Both the position numbers and the translations under genes were made by a program. The notes under the pieces were generated by a model. It was not told where the DNA came from. It did no database searches and worked only from the letters and a program-made list of their open reading frames with translations. A stretch of DNA of 64,000 bases from Chiloscyllium plagiosum (lineage: Eukaryota), in contig NC_057760.1 of NCBI RefSeq assembly GCF_004010195.1, forward strand, positions 4,392,522 to 4,456,521. The letters run 5' to 3'. Positions 50,595-62,127 of the stretch are shown here, piece after piece. Position 1 is the first letter of the stretch. The number at the start of each line of letters is the position of its first letter.

Positions 50595-51410
50595 CCATAC
50601 CCACACCCCTCACAGTATCACTCTGATATACACCACACCTCTCACTGTAACACCCTGATATACACCACACCCCTCACTGTAACACTCTGATATACCCCAC
50701 ACTCCTCACTGTAACACTCTGATAATACCTCACACCCCTCACTGTAATACTCTGATGTATGCCATACTCCTCACTGTAATATATTGACATAACCCACACT
50801 TCTCACTGTAACACTCTGACATACCCTACACCCACCACTGTAATGCTCTGATATACCCCACACCCCTCATGGTAGCACTCTGATATATCCCACACCCCTC
50901 ATAGTAATATGCTGATATGCCCCACACTTCTCATTGTAATACTCTGATATACACCATACCCTTCACTGTAATACTCTGATATACACCACACCCCTCACTG
51001 TAATACTCTGATGTACTCCACACGCTTCACTATAATACTCTGACATATCCCACACCCCTCACTGTAATACTCTGATATACACTACACCCCTCACTGTAAT
51101 ACTCTGATGTACTCCACACGCTTCACTATAATACTCTGACATATCCCACACTCCTCACTGTAATACTCTGATATACACCACACCCCTCACTGTAATACTC
51201 TGATGTACTCCACACGCTTCACTATAATACTCTGACATATCCCACACCCCTCACTGTAATACTCTGATATACACTACACCCCCTCACTGTAACACACTTA
51301 TATATCCCACACCCTTCAGTGTAGTACTCTGATATACACCACACCCCTCACTGAAACACTCTGATGTACCTCACACCCCTCACTGTAACACTCTGATGTA
51401 CCTCACACCC
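50595..51410. repeat. 32-bp minisatellite with a 96-bp higher-order segment
   Basis: Unit ~CACACCCCTCACTGTAATACTCTGATATACAC, about 25 copies. Confidence 0.97.
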
Positions 51411-51699
51411 ATATGACTACAAGAAATAGGACATGAGTAGGACATTTGCTCCTTCAGACTTGGTCTCCCATTCAATATGATCACTGCTAGAACTTTATTT
51501 TCCTCTTGATCAAGAATCTATTTCAGCCTTAAATATACACAATGACTGTCTCCATGGCTGTCAGTGGCAAGGACATACAACTCCATTTTGGTTAATGATG
51601 ATAGAACAGTACAGTACATTGCCGCCCTTAATTCTGAGACTCTCCCATGAGGAGAAACATCGTCCTCCATCTATCCTGCCCTGCCAAGCACTTTAAGAA

Positions 51700-53780
51700 T
51701 TCTTTATGTTTCCTAGATAGAAGATGGCAGCAGGATTAAACATTCAGCCCCTCAAATCTGCTTCACCATAAATAGGATCATGGCTGATGATTGAGTTCAA
51801 GACCGAAACCCTGCCTTACCCTCATTCTTGATCCCCTGCGCCATCAGAGCTATATCTATTTCCTTCTCAGAAACACAATGTTTTGGCCTCAACCACTTTC
51901 CGAGGCAAATAAATCCACAGGCTCCCCACTCTCTGGGTGAAGAAATTTCTCCTCATCTCATTCCTAAACGATTTACTCCTTATCCTTAACTTTGACCCCC
52001 GGTTCTGGACTCCCTCACCATTGGGAACATCCTTCCTGTATCTAAGCTGTCTAGCCCCGTTAGGATGTCAGAGGCTTCTCTGAGACCCTCCTCTAAACTC
52101 CACTGCATAACAATAAAAACGTAGAAAATAGGTGCAGGAATAGGCCACCTAGCCCTTCAAGCTTGCACCACCATTCAATATGATCATGGCTGATCATGCA
52201 ATTTCCATACCCCATTCTCACTTTCTCTCCATACCCCTCAATCCTTTTAGCCGCAAGGGCCACATCCACATATATCTAGAGAATTGGCCCCAACAGCATC
52301 CTTTTGGAGAGAATTCCAAAGGTTTACAACTATCCACATGATCTTTCATATCTCGTTCCTGCACAGCTTACCCCTTATTCTTAGACTGTGACCCCTAGTT
52401 CTGGACTTCCCCAACATCAAGAAAATTCTTTCTGCATCTAGCCTGTCCATCCCATCAGGATGTTTCTTTAAGATCTCCCCTTTTTCTTCTAAATTCCAAT
52501 GAATATAAGCCCAGTCACTCCAGTCTTTCCTCTCCAGTCCTGCCATCCCGGGAGTCAGTCTGGTGAACCTTCACTGGACTCCCTCAACAGCAAGAATGTC
52601 CTTCTTCAGACTAGGAGGCCAAAACAGCACACAATACTCAAGGTGTGGCCTCAACAAGTTCCTGTATAACTGCAGCAAGACAACCTCACTCCGACACTCA
52701 AATCCTCTCGTCATGAAGGCCAGCATGCTATTAGCTTTCCACCCTGCCTACTGCAGCTGCATGCTAATCTTCAGCGACTGTTCTACCATGACATCAGGTC
52801 TTGTTGTACCTCACCTTATCCTAAACTGCCACCATTCAGATAAAAATCTGTCTTCCTGTTTTTGTGACCAAAGTGGATAACCTCACATTTATCCACATTA
52901 TAGTGCATTTGCCAAGTATTTGCCTACTCAGGCAGTCTGTCCAAGTCACCCTGCAGCCTCTTAGCATCCTCCTCACAGCATACTCAGGTGAGTGTCATCT
53001 GCAAAATTGGAGATCTAGGATTCAGTTCCTTCGCCCAAATCATTAATGTATATTGTGAACAGCTAGGGTCCCAGCAGTGAAGCCTCTGGTACCCCACTCG
53101 TCACTGCCTACCACTCTGAAAAAGACCCTTTTATTCCAACTCTCTGCTTCCAGTCTGCGAACCAGTTCTCTATCCATGTCAATTCACCCCCTCCAAGACC
53201 ATGAGCTTTAATTTTCCTTACTAAACTGTTGGGTGGAACCTTGTCAAAAGTTTTTTTGAAAGTCCAGACACACAATATCAACTGATTCACCGTTATCCAC
53301 TCTACCAGTCACGTCCTCAAAAAATTCCTTAAGATTTGTCAATCCCTGCTGACTTGGACTGATTCTGTTACAGCTTTCCAAATGCTCAGTTATTACATCC
53401 TTAATGACTGATTTCAGCATTGTCCTCAACACCAATGTCAGGCTAACCAGCCTATAGTTCCCTGTTTTCTCTTTCCACTTTTTTAAAAAGTGGGGTTACA
53501 TTAGCTACCCTCTGAGCCATTGGAACTCTCCCAGAGTCTATAGAATGCTAGAAAATGTTCGCCAATGGGTCTAGGGCCACTGCCTTAAGTACTCTGGGAT
53601 GCAGAGCATCAGGCCCTGTGAATTTATTGGGATTTAATCCCATTAATTTCCCCAATTCCATTTTCTGACTAATAAGGATTTCCTACAGTTCCTCCTTCAT
53701 GCTTAACCATCTGTCCCCTAACATTTCTGGAAGATTATTTGTGTCCCCCTTAGTGAAGACAGAGCCAAAGTATTTGTTCA
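51700..53780 (-). mobile_element. CR1 fragments (RT and 3' ends)
   Basis: FKKTFDKVP, WIENWFADWKQRV and KSRTRGHSLRIRG peptides. Confidence 0.9.
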
Positions 53781-54022
53781 ACAATAACATCCTAACAAAC
53801 TCATCTCATACGTCAATCCTGCCACCCCCAGGAATCAATCTGGTAAACTTACACTGCATTCTCTCAAGCAAGAAAAGTATTTCTCAGTTTTATTGAGACC
53901 AGCTCTCTTCTAAACGACAGTGAGTATAGTCCCAGCTTCTTTAGTCTTTGCTCATAAGACAATACTTCTACACCAGGAATCATCCTAGTGATCCTTCTCT
54001 GAACTGTCTCCAATGAAATTAT

Positions 54023-54342
54023 TAGATCAGATTAGATCACTTACAGTGTGGAAACAGGCCCTTCGGCCCAACAAGTCCACACCGACCCGCCGAAGCGCAA
54101 CCCACCCATACCCCTACATTTACCCCTTTAACCTAACACTACCGGCAATTTAGCATGGCCAATTCACCTGACCCTGCACATCTTTTGGACTGTGGGAGGA
54201 AACCGGAGCACCCGGAGGAAACCCACGCAGACACGGGGAGAACGTGCAAACTCCACACAGTCAGTCGCCTGAGGCGGGAATTGAACCCGGGTCTCTGGCG
54301 CTGTGAGGCAGCAGTGCTAACCACTATGCCACCGTGCCGCCC
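54023..54342 (-). mobile_element. Young full-length HE1-type V-SINE inserted in an older CR1
   Basis: CpG-rich with intact A/B boxes (GTGGCATAGTGG; GGTTCAATTCC) and a short tandem tail. Possible TTAT duplication. Confidence 0.93.
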
Positions 54343-54689
54343 TTATATCTTTCCCTGAATAAGGGGACCAAAACGGCCGACTGTATTCCAGATGTGGTCT
54401 CACCAGTGCCTTGCACAGTTGCAGTAAGACTTTCCCTACTGTTATACTCCAACTTCCATTAAGCTTCCTGACTCCCTATTGCATCTGTGTGCTAGCTTTC
54501 TGTGTTTTGTGCACAAGAACTCTCAAGTTCCTTTGTATTGCAGATTTCTGCAGTTTTTCTCCATTTAAATTATACTCTATTCTTTTGTTCTCTCTTCCAA
54601 AATGAACAAATTCACATTTACCCAAATTATACTCCATTTGCTAACATTGTGCCTACTTACCTAACCTGCCTTAACACCTCAGGTAAAGG

Positions 54690-54916
54690 AAGAAGGGAGG
54701 CCTGCAGATGCTGGAGATCAGAGTCGAAGAGTGTGTTGCTGGAAAAGCACAGCAGGTCAAGCTGCTTCTGAGGAGCAGGAGAATTGACATTTCGAGCATA
54801 AGTTCTTCATCAGGATAAGATCTTCCTGATGACGAGCTTATACTCGAAACAACGACTCTCTTGCTCCTCGAATGCTGCCTGACCGGCTGTGCTTTTCCAG
54901 CATCACACTCCTCGAT
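54690..54916. mobile_element. Penelope-like hairpin insertion
   Basis: TSD CTCAGGTAAAGG at 54678-54689 and 54917-54928. Contains CUGAUGA-C-GAG...CUC-GAAAC. Confidence 0.8.
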
Positions 54917-55059
54917 CTCAGGTAAAGGGCAAGGTTAAGACAGTTGGATCTCCATGGTAACCTCAGCTAGTCTGGGAAGTGACGTCTGTTGTATTACAAA
55001 CCAGCCTTCCAGCCAACTATGGTAAACAGCCACAGGAGGAAAAACACACTTGCCCTTTT

Positions 55060-55390
55060 CTTCTTCCTTCTTCACCATCCAAGGTTTGAAACTTTCTTTC
55101 CAAGTTAAACAGCGTTTCCCTTGTACTTCTTTCAATCTAGTCGACTGCTCACAATGTTTCTCCATTACATTGGCAACACCAAATGCAGACTGGGTGACCA
55201 TTTTGCGGAATACCTTCACGCTCTCTGTAGGATTGGCTGCAACCTTCCAGTTACTGGTCATTTTAATAATGTACCTCGTTCACACATTAACATTTCTATC
55301 TGAGGCATCCAGTGATGCTCCAGTGAAGCTCAACGTGATTTTCTACCAGGGTTCAGGACTTAACTTTGAGTTCACAAAATTCAGCAAATT
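55060..55390 (+). mobile_element. Penelope GIY-YIG endonuclease remnant
   Basis: HYIGNTKCRLGDHFAEYL...LPVTGHFN peptide. Confidence 0.75.
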
Positions 55391-55459
55391 TACATTGTCC
55401 TCCATTCGGATTACAACCTGCCCTCCCTCACCTTCTCACCCTCCCTGTGTGTCTCCCCA

Positions 55460-55627
55460 TTATTTGATAGGACAGTACAGAGGAAGCTTTACTCCGTATC
55501 TAAATATGTGCTGTCCTTGTCCTGGGAGTGTTTGATGGGGATAATATAGAGGCAGCTTTACTCTGTATCTAACCCCATACTGTCCCTGTTTTGGAGTGTT
55601 TGATGGAGACAGTGTAGAGTGAGCTGT
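55460..55627 (+). repeat. Dispersed ~68-bp tandem-unit repeat
   Basis: Unit like GGGACAGTGTAGAGGGAGCTTTACTCTGTATCTAACCCC..CTGTCCCTGTCCTGGGAGTGTTTGATG, about 2.5 copies. An inverted array lies at ~60648-60800. Confidence 0.8.
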
Positions 55628-55774
55628 ACCACATACATGAAGGGTCAAAAAGTGTGGCGCTGGAAAACTCAGCAGGTCAGGCAGCATCCGAAGAGCAGGA
55701 GAATCAACAGTTTGGTCATTCCTGATGAAGGGCTAATGCCTGAAACATTGATTTTCCTGACCGGCTGTGCATTT

Positions 55775-56473
55775 TGTTATGGAGGTGTAAGGGGTAGTGT
55801 ACCTTAAAAGCTAGCAGAACTATCTGACACAGCACAATGAACAAGGTAACAATGTAACATTTGGTTGAACAGCTAGATCAGCTGGGTTGCCTGGAGACAA
55901 AAAACAATTCAAATTTGGCCAATCAGTTTAAATTATGCCCCAAAATACCAAACTCCAATCAAGTTTAACAATATTAAGACCAATGAAATGATCTGATGTT
56001 TTGGGGTATAAAACTGGAAAAAAATGAACAGTTGGGAGGAGAACTGCTAAAGACCAACAGGTGGAGGTTGCTAGTAAGAACTCTGAAAGGTCTGGAGAAG
56101 GAGTTTGCACAGAGAAAAACATTGACACCGACCTGGAGAGCAAATCTACAGAGGAAGATACAAAGAGAAGATTTGACAGCTGCCTGGTTTTGAAATTTGA
56201 ATTTTTCTGTAAATCTTAATTGGGGCTTTTATTGAACCAGTACTGTAGAGGGGAAGGTAAAAGATAGGTTTAGATAAATGTGTTGCAAATAGTTGTTAGT
56301 TAATTCTTCTCTGTTAGGCTTTAAAAAAAATTAAAGTTGCTACTTTTTACTTTAAATAGGGACATTTTGGGATAGTTCTTTGCGTCTCGAATTTTCACAG
56401 ATTACAGCACCAGGTGAATCTTTTCTGTGTGCCACGTGTAAATTGGCAGAGGGGTTTACTCCATGTCATAACA
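55775..56473 (+). mobile_element. Solo LTR (699 bp) nested in a Penelope hairpin
   Basis: TGTTATG...CATAACA terminal inverted repeats, ATTT TSD (55771-55774, 56474-56477), internal TATAAAA at ~56007. Confidence 0.85.
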
Positions 56474-57344
56474 ATTTCCAGTGCCAAAGGTTTTGACTCT
56501 GATCTCTAGCATCTGCAGTCCTCACTTTCTCCACATACTTGAAGGAGTAATGACAATAATGCACTCTGACATCTCTGGGAGTGTTTTCTGTGGTTGACTA
56601 TCTGAATGTAAAATTATCTTTGTTGTTGCCCCTGAGGTGGAGAGAGAGAGGCAGCCCTGAGACCTGTGTCTTTTGGGTCTCCTGGATGAAGAAGGTTGAG
56701 GATTGGATTGTGGGTTTACAGGGTAGAAGCAATACTTCCGAGAAACACGCTCATCACAAACACGTTATGATGGTGTCAATCTGCCATTGGTAAAATCTCT
56801 GGTTACGTATCCAGATGGACTTTGTTCACATATAAAGCTGGCTGGTGAGACTGTAGGGGTCCACTGTACAAGGCTTTCACTAAGACTGTTAGCAGTTAGC
56901 TTGCATCTGCCTGGGGTTGGCGTTTAGGTACCGGGCTGTGGTGAGTTAGACTGTGTGCGTGTGTGTGGGCGCGTGTGTGTGGGCGCGCGCGCACGAGAGA
57001 GAGATGTGGGGGAGCTGAGCTGGGAAGCTACATTGAGAAAATGCAAATTCAATTATGTGCTTCTTCCCAAATGAGATCAGTGCCTTTAGGAAGAGAGGTG
57101 ACCACCTCTTTCTGCACGGATAATAATTTAATTAGCTGCTTATCTCACAGGCTTCACCCACCAGCAGTCATCTTCCAGGGAACCACATGACCAACTGCAT
57201 TCCATTTCCTCATTTAGCAAAACTCACTCATGTGCCTCAGCAATTTGTCCCAAACCCTTCATTTACGCGAAGTTACAGCTGCGTGTGTATTTCTCTAAGG
57301 GGATAGGGCGCAGTGAATCAATTCAATAAAAATGGTCTATTTAC

Positions 57345-57461
57345 CTTCCTTCATCATACCCACTTTCAGACACTTCATAAATCTACATGATTGACAGGAT
57401 TTCCGTCTGCGTTTAGTTATTTCACACTCATTTCTGGCAGGGCAGCTGTAGTCAATGTTAC
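57345..57461 (-). CDS. esrrd: Estrogen-related receptor (probable ERR-delta) exon: second zinc finger of the DBD
   Basis: tgcag|GT ... GAA G|gtaaat, 117 nt. Encodes [42 protein letters not shown] family is clear; the delta assignment is inferred from synteny and divergence. Confidence 0.9.
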
Positions 57462-58189
57462 CTGCAGGAAAAGAGACAATTAGAAGGTACAGATCTTCAC
57501 ATGTAGACCCTGATGCTTCGATGGACCCTCACAGACACTGACTGTGTCTAATTCTGGCTCACTTTCTATCTGACTCATTGTCTCTTTTCTCCAACCCCAC
57601 TTATCACGGTCATCCCTCTGCGAACATCTCATTCCTTCGACTCCAAACCGTGTGCACTGCAGCTTCCAACTGCACAAAAATTGGGCTTTCAATTTGTTTG
57701 GTCCCTGCCTTCAATTTTACTATAAATTTCTCCACTATCCTCTTCTCCTTTAAGAAATTCCTTAAAATTTATCCTCTTGAGCCTAGCTTTCAGCTAAACT
57801 GCTTTTCCTATGGCTCAGTATCAATTTTCCTGATTCTCTCTGTGCAATACCGTGTAGTATTTTACGATCTTCACAAGGCTATGTAAAAGTGTTTCGGCCT
57901 GTCTCTTACACTGTTTCATTCCAACTATCTTTCTCTCATCCAATATTTAATTGAAGTAAAAGGAAATAGTCCACTTTTAGTATTGTTGGCCTGTGTGCCT
58001 CTAGTACACATGTACAAAGAATAAAAGTAACTATCAGACTGAATCAGGTTATAAAGGTTCATCAAATTCAGCCTGACTCAATGCAGATTCCCATCCCTCA
58101 CCAGACACCCTTTGGATGCTGATGAAATCACAGAACGGAGATCCCATATGGAGCAATATTTTTACTGTTTATGGTCATCAGTGGTACGA

Positions 58190-59290
58190 TCAGCATTAAA
58201 TGCCCATCTCTAATTTTGCTGGAGATGGTGGGGGTAAGCTGTTTTCTGGCACTGCTGTGGTCTGTAGCAACACCCACAATGCCCTTGGGGAGGGAATTCC
58301 AGGAATTTGACCCAACAACACTGAAGGAACGATGAAATATTTCCAAGTCAAGATGGTGGGTGACTTGGAGGGGATCTTGCAGGGGTGGTGTTTCTATGCA
58401 TCTGCTGCCCTTGTCATTCTAAATGTAAGTGGTTGCAAATTTGTAAGATTCCTGGTAAATTACTACAGTTGCACCTTGATGTTACATGCTGCCTTCTGGT
58501 GCCTTAATTGTGGAAGGGTAACTGGTAAAGATGGTTGAAGTGGTGCCAATCAAGCAGACAACTTTATCCTGATGATGCCAAGCTTCTTGAGTGTTGCTGG
58601 AACTGAACTCATTCAGGCAAGTGGGGAATATTCCATCAGACTCCTCATTCATGCCTTTAAGGCAGTGGGCAGGCTTTGGGGAGTCAGGAGGTGAACTGCT
58701 TGCTGCAGCATTGCCAGTCTCTAACTTGCTCCTGCAACCATTGTATTGAATTGATAAGGTTCAGTTGAGTCTCTTGTCAATGGTAATCCCCAGGATTGTG
58801 AGGGATTCAGTGATGGTAAAACCATTGATCATTGAGGGACAATGTCACTTATAGTCCCTGTGAATTATGAATGTCACTTTACATTCATCAGTTAAAGCCT
58901 GAATGAATCCAATCTTGCTGCATTTGAACATGGAAGCCTTCAGTATCCGAGGAGTCATGAATGGTGCTAAACATTGTGCAAATATCGGAGAACATCCCCA
59001 CTTCTGACCTTATGATGGAGGGAAGATCATTGATGAAGCAGCTGAAGATGTTTGGGCCGAGGACACTACCCTGAGGAACTCCTTCAGCGATGACCTGGAG
59101 CTGAGATGACTGACCTCCAACAACCACAACCATCTTCCCATATGATTCCAACCATTGGGGAGTTTGTCCCTTGACACTCATTGATTCCAGTTTTGCTGGG
59201 ACACCTTGACGCCACACCCGGTCGAATGCAGCTTTGGTGTGAAGGGACGTCATAGTCACCTCACCTCTGGAATTCAGCTCTTTTGCCCAT
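58190..59290 (-). mobile_element. L2/CR1-clade LINE RT 3' part
   Basis: AAFDRVW...GVPQGSVLGPNIFSCFINDLP peptide. Confidence 0.9.
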
Positions 59291-60929
59291 TTGAATCTGG
59301 TATCTAATATCTACAGTTTTCTGTGATACAGTGTGCAGCAACCCCATGTTATTGCTTCAATGACTACACTATCCCCATCCCAGAAAGTATCACAGGCTCC
59401 TAATCCTTCTCCAGCTCCAGGCTCAGGGCCAGGCCTACCACAGCCCTCAAGCCAAGTCCTGTGAGGATAAGCTCCAGCAACCCAGCTCCAAACCCACCCT
59501 CTAGGATCTAAGGCCCAAGACCCAGACCCATGTCCAGCCACATGCCCCAGGATGTCTGCTTGAAGAAACTTAAAAAAACCCTTTCTGATCAGCTTATCCC
59601 TTCCAGATGCCCCAAGACGGGTAGTCTGTCAACCCTGCACATTCTTTGTCATTGGGACACTATTCTTTCTGTGCACGTCAAGCAATTGTCTTAACCATAG
59701 GCAAACCGGGCACTGTCCACATCAACACTGGACGAAAATCAGTCATAGGGAGCCTCACTCTCAACTGCCCACCCAGTCACACCTGAGAGTCATAGCTGCT
59801 GGTCACTAAGCACAGCGCAGGAATTATATCAATGTCGTCTGAATCCTGGAAATCACTGGAAAAAGTGGATTTTAACATCCTGATTAACTGAGAACTTTAA
59901 AAAGGGAGAAGAATTAAAGTATTAAGGATCTGGGAAACCTCAGGAAATGAAAAGATGGCACTGACATAGCAAATGAAATGTCAGTGCCAGCTCCTGCATT
60001 TGAATAGTTAACTGTTAATCTTGGTTTTGTTGGTGTTCAATACAGTTCAGCAACCAATGGTGGACATTAAATGATTCTCTGCCAGACCATGGGGAAAGAG
60101 GCAGTGGCCCTAATTAAAGCTGCTATGCTTGCATTAAAGTAGCTCTCTAAAATATGTGCTTGCATTTAGCAATTAGTCCCCTCTCACTCCCTAGGGACTG
60201 TGCCGTTAATGAAATGTCGTGGCACTCAAACTCTGTAAACACTAATGAATATTGACTGTATCTTCCGCCTGATATCTCTTTCTTACAGAGTCAAGCACAG
60301 AGATTAGCAAAGTCATTAAATGAAAAGTAATTAATTAAAATCATTGCTATTCTTTTCATATACATCGTCTTGTCAAATTTGCAAATTTCATCATGAACAA
60401 ACTGAGTAATATAGGGCATATAAATTTTGTGATTTAAATATTTCTGAGGAAAGATTGCTGTGTTCAGTTATTAATTAAATCCTTATTGTCACATTAATGT
60501 GATATGAAGAGTCTGTCCTTTGCTCCACACCAAGAAACGACCAAAGGATGGCCCCAAATAAAAAAAAGGATGGTTCTGTGCTCATCAAGGTGAGAGGTGT
60601 TAGTGTGGAGAATTAAATCCAATCTCACTTCATGCAATTGGCTTCAGCATCAAACACTTCCAGGACAGGGACAGCATGGGGTTAAATACAGAGAAAGCTC
60701 CCTCTACCCTGTCCCCATCAAACACTCGCAGAACAGGGACAGCACGGGTTTAGATACTGAGTAAAGCTTGCTGTACATTGTCTCCCATTAAACACTCCCA
60801 ATGAACCCGAAGGGGTGTTAAAATGTCTTGTTACTCTCAACATTTTTTGCTATCTGTTTCTGATGAAATAGTTTCATTAGTGCCTGTATTATCAATGATC
60901 CTGCAATAGGGTCTACCTAAGCTTGGAGA

Positions 60930-61395
60930 CTCCACACACAGTCACTGGGAGATGGTACGCCTGGCCCTGACATTAGGTGGAAAAGTCCCACATTCCATCC
61001 TCCCACTCTCTATGTTTCCACCATCCAATCTCCAACCACCGTCAGCAACGCCCACAGAATGATGACAAATATTGTTGTAAAGTGTCACTGGTGCAGTCTT
61101 ATGTGTGTGAAGCTTCTTAGACAGCACATTCCAAACCCAGCAGCACTTCCATTCAGACTGACAAGGGCAATGGGAACACCACCTCCCACAAGTTCCCCTC
61201 CAAGCGACTCACCATCCTGACTTGGAAAAAAATCACCATTCCTTCAAGATTGCTGGTTTAAAATCCTGGAAACCCCCTTCCTAAACAGCAATATGGGTCT
61301 ACATTTACTGTATGTATAGCTATGGCTCACCTTCTCCAGGGCAATTAGCGATGGGTAATAAATGCTGGTCCAGCCAGCAACGCCCACATCTTATA
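60930..61395 (+). mobile_element. L2/CR1-clade LINE 3' end
   Basis: Shares the 3' UTR (AATAAATGCTGGTCCAGCCAGCAACGCCCACATC) with ~45400-45770. Confidence 0.75.
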
Positions 61396-61948
61396 AGTGA
61401 ATACAATCAAGTCTTATCCTGTTGATATTGAACATTTGTGTGCGTGTAGTATCTCCGATTTAGATTTGCTGGGACGGCCTGCACTGTCACTCACTGCTGA
61501 TGGCAGGGAACCTTTAATGGCGACTCAGACTGACAATCAATGGGAAGTCAAGAGCAAGAGATTTGAAACTCTCCTCAACATGTCTGCCCTTCCCATCTCA
61601 ATCAATACGAAGCAGGACATTTACACAATGCTTCTGAATAGATTATTGATTATCTCAACAGCTTCTCAGACAGATGTTATCAGCTCCCTTTTATCCCTTT
61701 CAAGCAGTGATGTTTTGATCAATAACAGGTTGGAAATCTCACACTGTGTCGTACTGAGCTGGAAGGACAACCTTTTCCATACAGGGCAGTGGGGGAGAGG
61801 CATGGGGAGGTGTAGGGTTATAGGGAAGCATTGAAAGGGGTAGGAGGAAATAACTGAGGGATGTGGAGAAGGATCATAGTGAAGACAGTGAGGAAGGTAA
61901 AAGGAGTGAAGGCAATGAGTGAGTTGAAAGGGGAGTGCTTTCTAACTA

Positions 61949-62127
61949 CGTTAAAATTCACACAACACCAGGTTATAGTCCAACAGGTTTAATTGGAAGC
62001 TCACTAGCTTTCGGAGTGGCGCTCTGAAAGCTAGTGTGCTTCAAATTAAACCTATTGGACTATAACCTGGTGTTGTGTGATTTTTAACTTTGTACACCCC
62101 AGTCCAACACCGGAATCTCCAAATCAT
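61949..62127. mobile_element. Second-family Penelope-like hairpin
   Basis: Near-perfect inverted repeat at 61950-62088; ~16-bp TSD GAGTRCYTTCTAACTA. Related single arms at ~45145-45255 and ~50396-50523. Confidence 0.75.

Noticed and set aside
50595..51410. CRISPR-like array
   Set aside because: Contiguous 32-bp monomers without unique spacers, in a eukaryotic intron.
54270..54342. tRNA gene
   Set aside because: It is the tRNA-derived head of a SINE, continuing into the V-domain and LINE-like tail; four copies occur in the window.
32335..57461. Calling the - strand gene ESRRG or a pseudogene
   Set aside because: It looks too diverged for the very slowly evolving ESRRG and is linked to SHKBP1 rather than KCTD3. 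All exons are open with canonical splice sites. A phylogeny is still needed.
61397..61834. 145-aa + strand ORF
   Set aside because: GTG start, no recognisable homology, antisense within the ERR intron; more likely non-coding.
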